Source of the DNA: Zootoca vivipara | Taxonomy: Eukaryota | Length of the DNA: 64,000 bases | Assembly (NCBI RefSeq): GCF_963506605.1 | Contig: NC_083283.1 | Coordinates: 33,604,001-33,668,000 of the forward strand | Direction: 5' to 3' | In this document: positions 14,167 through 27,960 of the stretch, piece by piece | Numbering within the stretch: position 1 is the stretch's first letter | How the letters are laid out: each line of letters begins with the position of its first letter | Translations under genes and position numbers: made by a program | The notes under the pieces: model-generated | What the model was told of the DNA's origin: nothing | Databases searched by the model: none | What the model saw: only the letters and a program-made list of their open reading frames with translations

Positions 14167-15685
14167 CCGTGTTTCCCCCTTTTTAAGGCGTAGTCATAAA
14201 ATAATCCATAGCAGCATTTCTAAGCATTTGAGAAATATAAACCATACCCCGAAAATAAGCCATAGTGATAGGCTTATTTTCAGTGCGGAAGAGAGCACTG
14301 AGCTCCCCGAGTCAGCAGCAGCAACGCCGGCCGCAGCAGTGTTTGCTGAGTCCTTTCTTGCTTTTGGGACTTGGTTACTGTGCTGGCTTGGGATGGTGTG
14401 TGTGCAATTGCTGTTGCTGCTTCGTGTTTTTCAGCTGGATTCTCTGGGTTCTAAGCACTTTCCCCCCGTTTGTTTGCGAAGCAGCACTCGGCTGCAGCCC
14501 CTGCCTCTCCCTGCGGCTGCAGGAGGCTGCAGTTGATCGCTATCTCCTTTTCCATTTCTTTTGTCTTTGAGCACCCGGCCCCGCCCCCTCTCCCCTTCGT
14601 GGAATGAAGAACGGAGTTTTAGCAGCATTTCCTCATTATAAAAAAAAGGTCAGGAACTTTTACTTTAACCTCAAAAATGGGATATTTCCTCTCTCTAAAA
14701 ACAACTCTGACCTGAACACCAATAAAACGGGGGTAGATCACCTCCAGTTTATAAATCCGCAAGTAGATCGCAGTCTCCTGGAAGTTGGGCTCTATACTTT
14801 GGCTGATTGCAAGCCTTTGCATCTTTAAAAAACAAAAACCATGCGCCTCTCAGTCTTAATTTTCCTTTAATTCATCCCCCTATACCCTCCTCCAACCATT
14901 GCCTCCTTCCATTACTTACCCCCCTCCCTCTCTCCCCACTTCCCTCACTCCTGTGTGATCTCATTTAGTCATATACTTGCTTTTTCTGTTGTGTTGTCTA
15001 TTTTATATTTAATATTATTACCCTTTATGATGTTATTTTTTCCCTTGCGATAATTATTTATTTTTTATCTTTAACTAACTTTCCTTTCCATATTTTTCCA
15101 TATATAACTCAACACTTTCCCATTCCTTCTTAACTCTTTGGATAGAGTGGCCCCCCCCCATTATTGTTGTTAATTTTACAATTCCTGGATTTTTTATGGA
15201 ATCGAACAGCTCGGGTGCTTCAGAATGTGCCTTCTGTTGCTACAGGGCTATGGGGCTTCACTATTTGACCCCCCCCAGGTTGGGATTTTTAAAGTAGTTC
15301 TGTGGGTCCCAGGGCGCAGAATCACCCCCGATCCTTTTCTCTTCCCCCCTGACTTTGGAAGGCTGTGCTTCAAGGGTGATACCAGGGGTTTTTTAAGACC
15401 TGCGCCTCTTAAGGATTGTTACGGTCCATAACTTCCATTACTTTCTAAAGTGTTGGGGGTTTAAAGCACTGCCACCCCCACCCCACCCTGCAGGCACTCG
15501 GAACTGGCAGCGCCAACAACGCGCCCAGCAGCGCGCAGAAGAGAGCACTGAGCGTCCTGAGCCAGTGGGTCCCAGTTGCACCAGCACTTTTTTTTAAAAA
15601 AAGACACCCCCTGAAAATAAGCCACTGTGTGTTTTTTTGAGGGAAAAAAGTTATCAGACGGTGTCTTAAAAAAGGGGAAACACGG
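14167..15685. mobile_element. 1.5-kb non-autonomous Tc1/mariner (pogo-like) element with composite interior
   Basis: TA|CCGTGTTTCCCC(C)TTTTT...AAAAAGGGGAAACACGG|TA TIRs; subterminal GAAAATAAGCCA repeats; no transposase ORF. Confidence 0.85.
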
Positions 15686-16289
15686 TACACTTCCTCCTAC
15701 AACTAAGACTATTTTCAAGATAGTCTTTAATCAGGAGAACCGTGTGTATATAAATCTACAGCAACAAAATTTCTAGACTTTCAATTTACATTGTGGAATG
15801 TCCACTAGAAAATAGTTGTAAAACTTTTAACAAATTGGGGTAGTAGCCAGTATTTGCTCAAACCTCTCCATTGTGGGCAGCTGTGTCAAACGGTGCTACA
15901 GTAGAGAAAAAGGGAATCATTCAAAATTGGGTTGAAGAATCTTGCACCAATGGAACAGTTTCTTCTCTTGATTTCAGGTAATTCTCTCATCATATTGCAG
16001 CCCCATATGAAACTTCACACAATGTTCAGGAGGTTTTCAGGAGAGACTTTATTGGAAGCGGGAGAGGAGACAAGATTAGTTGTGCGAGCTTCCATTCATT
16101 CATGCAACCACTGAGTACAGCTCATAGACCTTTTTCACTGCTCCATTAATGTCATAATCTAAACCAAAGTTTTTTCTCTCTAATTTCCTCAAGGAAATGA
16201 CAGCTTAAGCCACTAAACTAGAATCTTTGATTTTCTACGAAAGTCATATTATATTGATAGTTTTTGGACAGGTCCTAATCCTTCTACTG

Positions 16290-16663
16290 CAGTGTTTCTC
16301 AACCTTTTTTGGGCCACGGCACACTTGTTCCGTGAAAAAAATCATGAGGCACACCACCATTAAAAAAGTTAAAAAATTTAACTCTGTGCCACCCTATATT
16401 ATAATTATGACTGTAAGAAACACTTGCCAAATATTGCTTTCCAGCGGGTCAGCGCTGTGTATTGGTGGCCGCCAGGCCCGTTTGCACTGAGCTTTGGGAA
16501 AGAGGAGGAGAAATATTGCTTTCCGGCGGGTCAGTGTAGTTTATTGGCAGCCGCCAGGCACGTGACAATGCAAATCGCCCTTCTCGTCGCCGCACGTCGC
16601 GGCACACCAGCCAGCGTCTCGTGGCACACTAGTGCGCCGCGGAACAGCGGTTGAGAAACGCTG
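16290..16663. mobile_element. hAT (Charlie-like) non-autonomous element
   Basis: CAGTGTTTCTCAACC...GGTTGAGAAACGCTG TIRs, perfect TSD TTCTACTG. Confidence 0.9.
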
Positions 16664-16714
16664 TTCTACTGTAAAGGAGGATAATGTGATCAGAATTATG
16701 CCCTTGATCTACAG

Positions 16715-16867
16715 CAGCGATGTCCAACCCTTTCTCCCTAAAAATAGCTCAACAACTTTTGCCTCTCCCCCCTAAAAAAAAGTTCCTCCAATGTCACTGG
16801 GTAGATCACTGCCAGTTTTTTTAATACTGGGAGTAGATCACAGTCTCTTGGGAGCTGGATGTGCCTG
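16715..16867. mobile_element. hAT MITE
   Basis: CAG...CTG termini with perfect 8-bp TSD ATCTACAG. Confidence 0.8.
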
Positions 16868-16905
16868 ATCTACAGTTAAGAAAATGGTGTTCAATTGCTT
16901 CTTAA

Positions 16906-17025
<120 letters not shown>

Positions 17026-17059
17026 TAACCAAATGTATATGATGTAAGGATCCATGCTA

Positions 17060-18060
17060 TGGACTTATTTTATTTATTTAACAAAATGTATATACAGATT
17101 GATTGTAAAAAAAACCATTCAAAATGCTTTACAAATGCTTTATTGATAATTAAAATTATCAAGCATCAAAAATATTCAAAAGATTGTTAAAATCAATAGT
17201 AGCTAAAATATATAAAACAGATGTACTGTAACTTCTGCAGGTCTCTGTAGGCTTGCCTAAACAAAAATGTTTTCAGCAGTTGCCAAAAGAGTACAGTGAA
17301 GGTGCCTGCCTGACGTCAACAGGCAGGAAGTTCCGAAGTTTAGCTGCTGCCACAATAAAATAGTGATTTCTTACAAGGGCAGAATGAGTATTATGTGGCA
17401 CCTGTAATCGTGCCGGGTCCACATATGAGAGCAGTGTACTGGGCATATCTAGGGTAAGAGAATCCCACAAGAAAACTGGTCCCAAGCTGTTAGGAGCTTT
17501 GTATACTAAAAGGAACACTTTGAACTTGGCCCTGTAGCAAACTGACAGCCATTGCAGATCTCTGAACAGAGGTATTATATACTGACATGGTCTCACTTCT
17601 GTCAGCAACCATGCTGCAGCATTCTGCACTAATTCCATCTTCCAAATCAAGTGCAGGGGAAGCCCCATGTAGAGCGCACTGCAGTAATTCAGTCTTGGAG
17701 TCACCAATGCTTGAACTACTGTAGTCAAGCTCTCCTGGTCCATAGTTTTCACAGCTGGGTAAAAGGCACTTTAGCCACTGACACTATCTGGGCCTCCAGT
17801 GACACAGCTGGATCCAGAAGCACCCTAAATATATATATACCTGTTCCTTTAAGAGGAATGCAACCCTGTCCAGGACAGGCAGTTGACCAGTTTATCAGAC
17901 ACAGCAACCATTACTCATCCACAATGCCTCTGGGTCTTGCTCAACTTATTTACCTGCATCCATCCCAACAGTGCATCTAGACACCACCCCATGGCCAGCA
18001 TGGCCTCTCCTGATTCAGATGTTATGGATAAATGAAGCTGAGTATCATTGGCATGCTAAT
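17060..18060 (-). mobile_element. Decayed L2 LINE 3' fragment
   Basis: ORF 17273-17752 has L2 motifs ALVTPRLNYCSALYMGLP, LVQNAAAWLL and LQWLSVCYRAKFK; boundaries approximate. Confidence 0.8.
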
Positions 18061-18118
18061 GGAAAAATCTGGATCTGTTTATATGAAAAGATGTTGCCTT
18101 ACAACTTCGGTATCATAA

Positions 18119-18226
<108 letters not shown>

Positions 18227-18993
18227 TAAGGAATTATTTCCTCATAGATAGATTTCAAAATGTTTTCCAGCTTGGAAAGAAATTTTTGAAAAGATTTGTG
18301 AAATTACCCAAGGCTTCCTGGATATATTTTTTTTTGGGGGGGGATGTATGTTTTCCTTTTGAAACAAAAAGAGGACAGTTGCTCACTAACAGACAAGAGG
18401 TTGAATCCAGACTTCCTCTCCGAATTGAGTTTTTCTCATGGAATACTCTACTGGAAGAAGGGGGAGGAGGCAATTTTCTCCTTATTTCTCCTCCCTGTAA
18501 ACCCAGGTGCTCCCTAAAAAGTTGGTCCAGAAGTGAGGAGTACTCTGTAGAACAGCATTCCCAATGCAATGTGAGGAAATTTTATCAACAATGTGTTGCT
18601 TAAATGAGTTTTAGTAGATAGAAAAGTTGTCCTGGGCAGTTTTTCCTCAAGAAGCATTCAACTTGATAAAAGTTTCCTTGCAACACATTGAGAATCATAA
18701 TATGCAGCTGTCCACTATTTTGTTTTTGGATTTTTCTATGGCTGTGTTTATCCCCTCTCCACTTCTGTGTAGGTGTTTGTTTTGCCCTATTCAAAGCTCG
18801 GGGGAAGGGTTATGGTGATAGTTCAGTATCCTTTTCCACAATACAGTCATTCTGGTATACGTTTTGAGCATAAGACTACTGTGCGGCGCTTTGTGGAACC
18901 AAGGCATGATTGATATTACAGACGTGAAATGATCCCTTAAGCAGTGTCATACTGGATACAGTGGACTGTTTTAGAACAGAGGTAGAGAACCTA

Positions 18994-19345
18994 GGGACCC
19001 AGGTGGCGCTGTGGTTAAACCACTGAGCCTAGGGCTTGCTGATCAGAAGGTCGGCGGTTCGGATCCCTGTGACAGGGTGAGCTCCTGTTGCTTGGTCCCA
19101 GCTCCTGCCAACCTAGCAGTTCCAAAGCACGTCAAAATGCAAGTAGATAAATAGGAACCGCTACAGCGCGAAGGTAAACGGTGTTTCCGTGTGCAACTGT
19201 GGTTCGCCATAAGCGGCTTTGTCATGCTGGCCACATGACCTGGAAGCTATACGCCAGCTCCCTCGGCCAATAATGCGAGATGAGCGTGCAACCCCAGAGT
19301 CGGTCACGACTGGACCTAATGGTCAGGGGTCCCTTTACCTTTACC
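18994..19345 (+). mobile_element. Sauria SINE, full length, nested in a hAT MITE (about 18977-19445)
   Basis: GGGACCCAGGTGGCGCTGTGGTT head with A/B-box-like motifs, (ACCTTT)n tail, 11-bp TSD TAGAGAACCTA. Confidence 0.9.
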
Positions 19346-19575
19346 TAGAGAACCTATGGCTCTCCAACTCCTGTCATTCTGGCTGGGGCTGATGGGAGTT
19401 GGGAGTCCAGTGGCATTTGGAGAACCACAAGTCTCCCCACTCCTGTTTTAAAAGGAAATATGATCTTGTTTCTTGGTCACATTTATATTCTTGGGATTTG
19501 CCTATATTTGAGAGTTTTTTTAAATGTAACATTTCATTGTGCAGTTCATGTTCATATACTTTTCTTGCAAAACAG

Positions 19576-19687
19576 GTATTATGCTTTAGAAGTCTCCTAT
19601 TTCAAATCCTCTTTGGATCGCAAGTTGCTTGAGCTTTTGTGGAACAAATATTGGGTGAACACACTAAGTTCATCTAGTTTGCTTACT
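19576..19687 (+). CDS. COPS5: COPS5 exon 6
   Basis: [37 protein letters not shown]; aacag/gtaagt; 112 nt. Confidence 0.97.
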
Positions 19688-19806
19688 GTAAGTATCTTCG
19701 TGACTTTTAACCCTGATCAGTAGGGGGTTCCAAAAACAAGCACTTTGGAGCTTCTTTCTGTAGGCTGGAAGATAAAAGGAAACGGGAACAGAGAGTTATA
19801 TGGGAG

Positions 19807-21780
19807 TAATAATAATATTATAATAATTTATTATTTATACCCCACCCATCTGGCTGGGTTTCCCCAGCCACTCTGGGCGGCTTCCAACTGAATATTAAAA
19901 ACAATACAGCATCAAACATTATAAACTTCCCTAAACAGGGCTGCCTCCAGTTGTCTTTTAAAAGTAAAATAGTTGCTTATTGCCTTGACATCTGCTGGGA
20001 GGGTGTTCCACAGGGCAGGCGCCACTACTGAGAAGGCCCTCTGCCTGGTTTCCTGTAACCTCACTTCTCGCAGCAAGGGAACCGCCAGAAGGCCCTCAGT
20101 GCTGGACCTCAGTGTCCGGGCTGAACAATGGGGGTGGAGACGCTCCTTCAGGTATACAGGACCGAGGCCATTTAGGGCTTTAAAGGTCAGCACCAAGACT
20201 TCGAATTGTGCTCAGAAACGTACTGGTAGCTAATGAAGATCTTTCAGGACCGGTGTTATGTGGTCTCAGCAGCCACTCCCAGTCACCAGTCTAGCTGCCA
20301 CATTCTGGATTAATTGCAGTTTCTGAGTCACCTTCAAAGGTAGCCCCACATAGAGCGCATTGCAGTAGTGAAAGCAGGAGATAACTAGAGCATGCACCAC
20401 TCTGGCAAGACAGTCTGTGGGCAGGTAGGGTCTTAGCCTGCGTACCAGATGGAACTGGTAGACAGCTGCCCTGGACACAGAATTTATCTGCGCCTCCATG
20501 GGCAGCTGTGAGTCCAAAATGACTTCCACGCTTTGCACCTGGTCCTTCAGGGGCACAGTTACCCCATTCAGGATCAGGGAGTCCTCCACACCAGCCCACC
20601 CCCTGTCCCCCAAGAACAGTACTTCTGTCTTGTCAGGATTCAACCTCAATCCGTTAGCCGCCATCCATCCTTCAACCGCCTCCAGACACTCACCACCTTC
20701 ACTGGTTCTGATTTAACAGAGAGGTAGAGCTGGGTATCATCCACATATTGATGAACACCCAACCCAAACCCCCTGATGATCACTCCCAGCGGCTTCATGT
20801 AGATGTTAAAAAGAATGGAGGAGAGGACGGAACCCTGAGGTACCCAACAAGTGAGATCCCAGGGGTCTGAACATTCATCCCCCACCACCACTTTCTGAAC
20901 ACTGCCCAGGAGGAAGGAGCGGAACTACTGTATAACAGTGCCCCCAGCTACCAGCCCCTCAAGACGGTCCAGAAGGATGTTATGGTCGATGGTATCAAAA
21001 GCCACTGAGAGATCCAGCAGACTTAGGAAACAGCTCTCACCTTTGTCCCTAGCCCGCTGGAGATCATCAACCAGCGCGACCAAGGCAGTTTCAGTCCCGT
21101 GGTGAGGCCTGAATCCCGATTGGAAGGGATCCAAATGGTCCGCATCCTCCAGGCATGCTTGGAGTTGTTCAGCAACCACCCACTCAATCACCTTGCCAAA
21201 GAATGGTAAATTTGAGACTGGGTGATAGTTGGTCATAGTGGCCGGGTCTAAAGATTTTTTGTAAGAAGCGGTTTAATGACCACTTTTTCAGTGGGCCTGG
21301 GAAAGTTCCCTCAGAGAGGGAAGCATTCACCACCCCACAGAGCCCATCACCCAGCCCTTCCTGGCTTGCTTTTATCAGCCAGGATGGACAAGGATCAAGA
21401 AGACAGGTGGTTGGTTTCAGCCTGTCCACATCCTTGGAGGTAACAGATTGAAATTGATCCCATATAACATGACTAGACAGGACTCCAGCACTCTCCCGCC
21501 CCGTCCCTGCTCCCACGGTGGTGTCTACCTCCTTCCAAATCTGAGCAACTTTATCTGCAAAAAAACTTTGCAAAAGCATTGCAGGAGATCTTGGGGTCCC
21601 TACCAGGCCCAATGATGAAGGTGGTTCCGATAGATTGCGAACCACCTGAAAGAGTCTCCTGCTGCTGTTTTCTGCAGATGCAATAGAGGTGGCAAATAAG
21701 GTCCTCTTCGCCGTCACCATCACCACTTGATAGGCTCAACGTTGAGCTCTAACCCATGTCCGGTCCAATTCAGACAGAGT
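19807..21780 (-). mobile_element. 5'-truncated, frameshifted L2 LINE (reverse transcriptase region and 3' UTR)
   Basis: RT motifs QSGFRPHHGTETAL, LDLSVAFDTIDH, VPQGSVL and YVDDTQLY split over ORFs 19912-21726; TAA-repeat tail at the left end. Confidence 0.92.
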
Positions 21781-21929
21781 AAACTTTAAAAGAACTAAAG
21801 TGCTTTAAATGAATTTTAATTACATTATTTCCTCATGCACAAAACAAAGTCAAAGTGGTTGTAAATGTTTTAAAAGTGGTTACTTCCTCAACATACACTG
21901 TTCCAATTAGAAGCATTAATGGCAGTTAA

Positions 21930-22109
<180 letters not shown>

Positions 22110-22369
22110 TAAGATCTTCTCTTTAACTATATGATTTCAGAACATAAATTATATGATTATTAATTAAAATCATTTTAATCACTTCCTGTGGGTTGTTGTG
22201 ACATATCACTTGCCAGTTTCATGGATTACTGTGTTTTCTTTTTAAGTCTTTGGAGCTACTAGATGTTCCACCATTCCATTTGTTCCACAATTTTTCTTTA
22301 GAATATAAGCTTAAGTAAGTATGAGGAGAGTTTGACACAATGGATCGATAAGTGGATCTGTGCTGCAAC

Positions 22370-22740
22370 TACACTTGGAATACTATGTCACCTCAAAAAG
22401 GTTAGAGTAGAGTTGGGAAAGGTCCCCCCCAAAAAGACAACCAAATTGATCAGAGGGATTGAGGGTCTTTCCTATGAAGAAATGTTACAACATTTGGGGC
22501 TTTTCAGTTTAGAGAAAAGCGAAGTGAGAGGAGACATGATAGAGATATATAAAGTTAGGCATGGTGCAGATAAAGTGGATAGAGATGTTTTAGCATTAGA
22601 ACTCACAAGTGAAGAGAGTTTTGGTGTACCCATGTCCTGCTTTCAGGCTTCTCACAGGCAGCTGGTTGGCCACTGTGAGATGAGGATGCTTTACCAGATG
22701 GACCATTGCCCTGACCCAGCAAGCTTCTGTTACGTTCTTT
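22370..22740 (+). mobile_element. CR1 LINE 3' fragment; related 3' UTR pieces near 41440-41650, 44970-45230 and 61440-61670
   Basis: LSYEEMLQHLGLFSLEKSEVRGDMIEIYK is a typical CR1 ORF2 C-terminus. Confidence 0.75.
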
Positions 22741-23089
22741 AGTGCATGCAACATGCAACTTCAGTGTATATTGAGACAGTATACTACTTCTCCATGTATC
22801 TGTCTTAGATCTTTAAACTGCTATTGACAAAGTACAATAGCTGACATTTCTTTTTCGTTTTAGATTTGAGGTGTCAGACACATAATGTCTGAAATTGTAT
22901 GTTTCCATATAAAGCATGTTTGAGTTTACCTTTTAAAACAAACAACAGTTCAGTCAACTATCAGACGCTGTGTCTGCCTTTTCATAACTGGATGGTTGTA
23001 GAGATTCATGGGGTTATGGGCACCGTGAGCTTCTTAGACATCTGTATAACTTGTAATATAGTGACAGAATTGCATTTAGCCAACTTTAA

Positions 23090-23197
<108 letters not shown>

Positions 23198-23472
23198 AGT
23201 ATATCACCGACCGATACGTATCTTCAGAATGGAGACAAACATACCTAGTTGGACTTGTTCAGTTGGAGCTGAAGCCAGAATGAAAATCTTCAGTTAATCT
23301 GTTGTACTTTAAATCATCTCTACCACCTCTTTGCTCAGTTTTAAGAACAGTGCTCTAAAATTTATTGTAATCTGTTCTTTACCATAAAGTTTTGGTTGTT
23401 GCTTCAAAAGAACAATAATTGTGACTGTTTCTGGATTTTGGAAGTTTAGAATTTATCTCTTTGTCAATCTGC

Positions 23473-23478
23473 AATAAA
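23473..23478 (+). terminator. COPS5: Probable COPS5 polyadenylation signal
   Basis: AATAAA about 275 nt after the stop, followed by T-rich downstream sequence. Confidence 0.7.
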
Positions 23479-24109
23479 GATCTCTTTAAAATGGCCAGCT
23501 GCTTTTTTCATTTGCTTTGTTTAATTTTATCTCTGAAATTTATCATTCTTTCTCATTCCCATGTAGAACTCTTGAGCCAGAAACCGTAAATTGTCCCAAG
23601 TTTAGACCAAGCAACCTCAGTGCAAAAAACACTACAATATGTCTCTGGTATATTATCTGCTCTGTACATGTCTTAGAACAGAGTTCCTTCTTGAAGCTCA
23701 AACCTCTATAATACAGACACAGACAAACACATTTGTGAACATGCTAGCTGTGGTTTTGCCTTGAAAGCCTGTCTAATTGTTTTATGTAGACTCCATAGGC
23801 TTGTCTTTTCCAAGGTTGCTTTGCACTTCTAGTCACCAACTTTGTTGTGTGGATTGCTGCATCTGTACTGGAATAGTTTTTAAGATGTTTTTATTGCTTT
23901 GTTACTTGTTTGCTACTTTGGGCTCCTTTGGGGAGAAAGGTGAGGTATAAAATTTTAAAATAATGCTGTAGGGCATGGGTTGAGAAACAACATTCTACCA
24001 GCAGTCATGGTGAGACTTCCTCTGGTATCGCTATCTGTTTCAGAACAGATTAGAACAGAAGCAGGGGGGGGGGGGAGAGGATGAGTAAGACCCTCTTGTG
24101 CAAGCGCCT

Positions 24110-24254
24110 NNNNNNNNNNNNNNNNNNNNNNNNNNNNNNNNNNNNNNNNNNNNNNNNNNNNNNNNNNNNNNNNNNNNNNNNNNNNNNNNNNNNNNNNNNN
24201 NNNNNNNNNNNNNNNNNNNNNNNNNNNNNNNNNNNNNNNNNNNNNNNNNNNNNN
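24110..24254. other. Assembly gap (145 N)
   Basis: Run of N. Confidence 0.99.
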
Positions 24255-27200
24255 AGATCTCATAATTGGAACATACTTTTAAATAGTTGGTTTCTGAAAT
24301 TATTGAAGCGTCCATAATTCCTCTTAGTTGTTGCTCTTTACCTGTTGCTCCAAAGCAAACTAGCATCTTATTTTGGTCAAGCCAAGGGATGTAAGTAAGC
24401 TGCTCACCATATAAGCTGAGCCTATCGCCCTTTCATAGGGCACAGATAGAGGTCTGGGCACCCATGTCTATCAACTTTCTTCTGTTCAAGCATAAATACC
24501 CTGTAAGTGTATAAACTGTCCCACAAGACTAGTTTATTTCCTGATTTAAATACAGTACTACAAATTTAAAATGTGGTCTAGTCTTAAGATTTCAAGGAAC
24601 TTAACTGATAATGTTTGAATCAAAATGTAAGTGATTGGTGCACTGCTGAAAAAGGAAGCCACTTTCACTGAACGGTATTGTTCTGCAATGCATTCTCACT
24701 GATTTGAAGGTACTGTATCACTAAGATATGCTGGAGGTACTATACAAAAACTATTCCAGCTTGGAGGTTCCTTGTTTTTAAAATCAACACAATGTCTAGC
24801 CAGTTTTTATTCTGAACAGTCACAATATTGCACAATACAATAGTACAATGGTATACAGTGAAAACCTTTTGAAAATAAGCATGACAAGGCTACGAAGCTT
24901 GGAATTATTCTCAGTGTTTCACAGTTTGAATATGGTATGTTGCAGAGATAAAAGATTACAGGAAAACTGTGTGAATGATATGATGCAGATGTAAGAATCA
25001 TGCATGCACAGGAATTCATTTATGCTCCTGAAGTCTGCACTGTGTCTAAATTCATTGTATAAACTTAAGTGAAAACATACTGTTTACCTTTCAGCATTCT
25101 TCCATATTTCTGGATTATTTTAAAGTTAGTTAAACTGCAATGGCAACTTTGGTGAGCAGGAGCAATAGCTTTCTTGAGTAACGAGTTACATAAAACAGTG
25201 CTACAACTGCACTATTGTTCTCATATTTTGTATACATTTTAAGTATGAATGTGGATGCATTTGTAGACACACACATTGTATGTTTAAGACTTAGCATTGC
25301 TCCACATATTTACTCATCAATACTTTTGAACTATCCAGTTCCTCCATAAGTATATAGTACATTGCTTTATAAAATGACAAAAAAAACCCACAACAACCCC
25401 CTAGACTCATCTTCCAAGTTCAAGTTGTTTATATGATTTGTACTAAACCCGCATGATGGATGCTGTAGATTTTCTGTAGTTCTAAATGTTTTAGCACAGC
25501 TGACTGAGTGAAGGGAAGCAGGGATTTACCTGGAATACTTCTATCTCATTGCTCTGTCTGACTTAGGCTTTTATAATTATGCCGGTGGCAATTTTCTTTT
25601 ACAGAAGATGTAGATCTGGGTGTCCTAGTGGGAGGTTATACCTCTGAGGCAGTTTGTGTAAAAGATACATGCACGCTTACTGGTGTGCTGGCAAAACCAT
25701 TTTTCCCTCTTCTTTTTTTAGGACCATATTAAAATGGAGACAGGATGAACAGCCCGACCTGTTCTACACTGTTTTTCAATTGTACTATTTTATAGTATTG
25801 ATTTTATTGAAAACAAAATATAAAATACATAATATTGGAATGATGACCTGCCTTAAGAGTTGATCTCAGAAGTAAAAAGATTGTAAAGGTGTCTGAAAAT
25901 GAAGTGTTACACATATGGATAAAATGGATTAAAAATTAGTCTTTGATTTTCCCCAGGCTGCAGTTTTGCACAATTATGTGCAAACAAATCCTGCTGAATA
26001 CAGTGGAACTTACTTTTGAGTAAACATGCATAGAATTGTGCTGTGAGACTGAGTATCTTAAAATTGATCACATTAGATGTGTAGATACTGACACAGAACT
26101 AAAAAGTTTAGCACTTGGTTTTTTTTGCATGTTCATAGCTACATGGATCACAGCAAATACTGTGTTTAAGGCAGACGGGATATAGAATGTGTTGCTGTAC
26201 TTGGAAGTCACAAAATCTTATCTCTTCTTGCATTCAGATCTACTAAAATTCCACTCTTTAACCAATGCTTTATTCAGAAGGCTCTTCTAGTGCCAAACTA
26301 GACGACATTTCAGCACCAGCCAAAGACCATTTTATTTTCCCAGGCTTTTTAATTGTTGCTTTTAAGCTGTTTGGTGCTTGATAATTCTGCTTCTTCTATA
26401 TTTGCTCTTTTATACTGTGATGTTTGAATGTTGTTTTAATGTTTTTGCTTTAGTATGTTTTGTTTGTAATTTTAATTCTTTTGTAAGCTGCCCTGGGAAC
26501 TTGTTAAGGGTTAGAATATAAATCAAATAATAAATAAAATATTTGATACAAATGTCTCAAAATGAGCTTGATAACAACTTGTTTTAAGTACTTGGAAGAA
26601 AGAAATTGCTGAACTGTATATGATCATATCAATGATTAATGGCTTTACTGTAGATCCATTATATATATATATTTGCCGAGGCATAGGGACAACCAACATT
26701 GGGGAGCCTCTTGTAAGCTAAGCAGCATTCATATTTATTTTGGAGTTAAGTACTATTATGCTGAACTTTGAAATGACCTAATAAAATGGAAGGCAAAAAA
26801 AAAAATCCTTCAGGGCACATTTTGATTAACTACATTCCCATTTTTCATTCATATTAACAAAGAAAGTGGTTCAGCTTTGGTCCCTATTCTTTCATCATTC
26901 ATAATGGAGACAAATGAATTGTTATGCTCTTTGATTTTATTATAAAATTGTCAGGGGTTTAGGAAAATGTCTGTGTGTGTTTTTAAATACTGGTTAAGGT
27001 TGGTGGGAGTTGTAATCCAAAACATCTGAAAGATACCAAGCTGGAAAGGCTCTTGTGGAATACCCTTCAAAGACCTGCACCCATAGAAATGCACTTTGCA
27101 CCTTCTGTGTCCTTCCCATTGTGTGTGTGTGTGCGTGTGCGCGCGTGTGTGTCGTGCGTGCACAGCCACTGATAACCTTACATTCAGTAACGTAGTGGAG

Positions 27201-27308
27201 TAGGAACATCAGCAAGACACCTCCAGTACCTTTTCATAAGAGAAGTGATGACATATTCTGCTAACACAGTATTTGTCAGTGGTGTAAGCTTGGATGGTGG
27301 GTCTAGCA

Positions 27309-27560
27309 GAGAGGTCAGCAAACTTTTTCAGCAGGGGGCTGGTCCACTGTTAATCATACCATGTGGGGGGGGGCAGACTATTTTTTTGGGGGGGGGGAGA
27401 ACAAATTCCTGTGCCCCACAAATAACCCAGAGATGCATTTTAAATAAAAGCACACATTCTACTCATGTTAAAACATGCTGATTCCGGGACCATCCACAGG
27501 CCGGATTTAGAAGGCGATTGGGCCAGATCTGGCCTGCGGGCCTTAGTTTGCCTACCTATG
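27309..27560. mobile_element. hAT non-autonomous element A
   Basis: Imperfect TIRs AGGTCAGCAAACT/AGTTTGCCTACCT; flanked by GTCTAGCA on both sides. Confidence 0.8.
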
Positions 27561-27568
27561 GTCTAGCA

Positions 27569-27960
27569 CAGGGATCCCCAGACTTACCGGCGTTTGGGCC
27601 GGTTCCCACCGCGCCGATCGCGCGGCGGGCCGGAGGACGGGGGAGCGCGCGCCTGTGCGGGCCGGGGAGTGCGCGGCGGCGCGCTTCCAGGGTGGAAAAG
27701 CGCCGAAAATCCGTTGTGCGCATGCGTATGGGCCTCCCCCGACCCGGAAGTGCACCAGAAATGACCTCTTCCGGGTCGGGAAAGGCCCATACGCATGCAC
27801 ACAAAGGATTTTCGGCGCTTTTTTCCCGACCCGGAAGAGCGCTGCCGCGCTGCGCGCCGTAAGAGCGGGCGGCGGGGCGGGCGGCGGGGGTCGTCGCGGG
27901 CCGGATTGGCAGGCCAATTGGGCCGCATCCGGCCCCCGGGCCGTAGTCTGGGGACCCCTG
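27569..27960. mobile_element. GC-rich young hAT non-autonomous element B
   Basis: CAGGGATCCCCAGACT...AGTCTGGGGACCCCTG TIRs; TSD GTCTAGCA; long internal palindrome. Confidence 0.9.

Noticed and set aside
23955-24366. ORFs containing X runs
   Set aside because: Artefacts of the assembly gap
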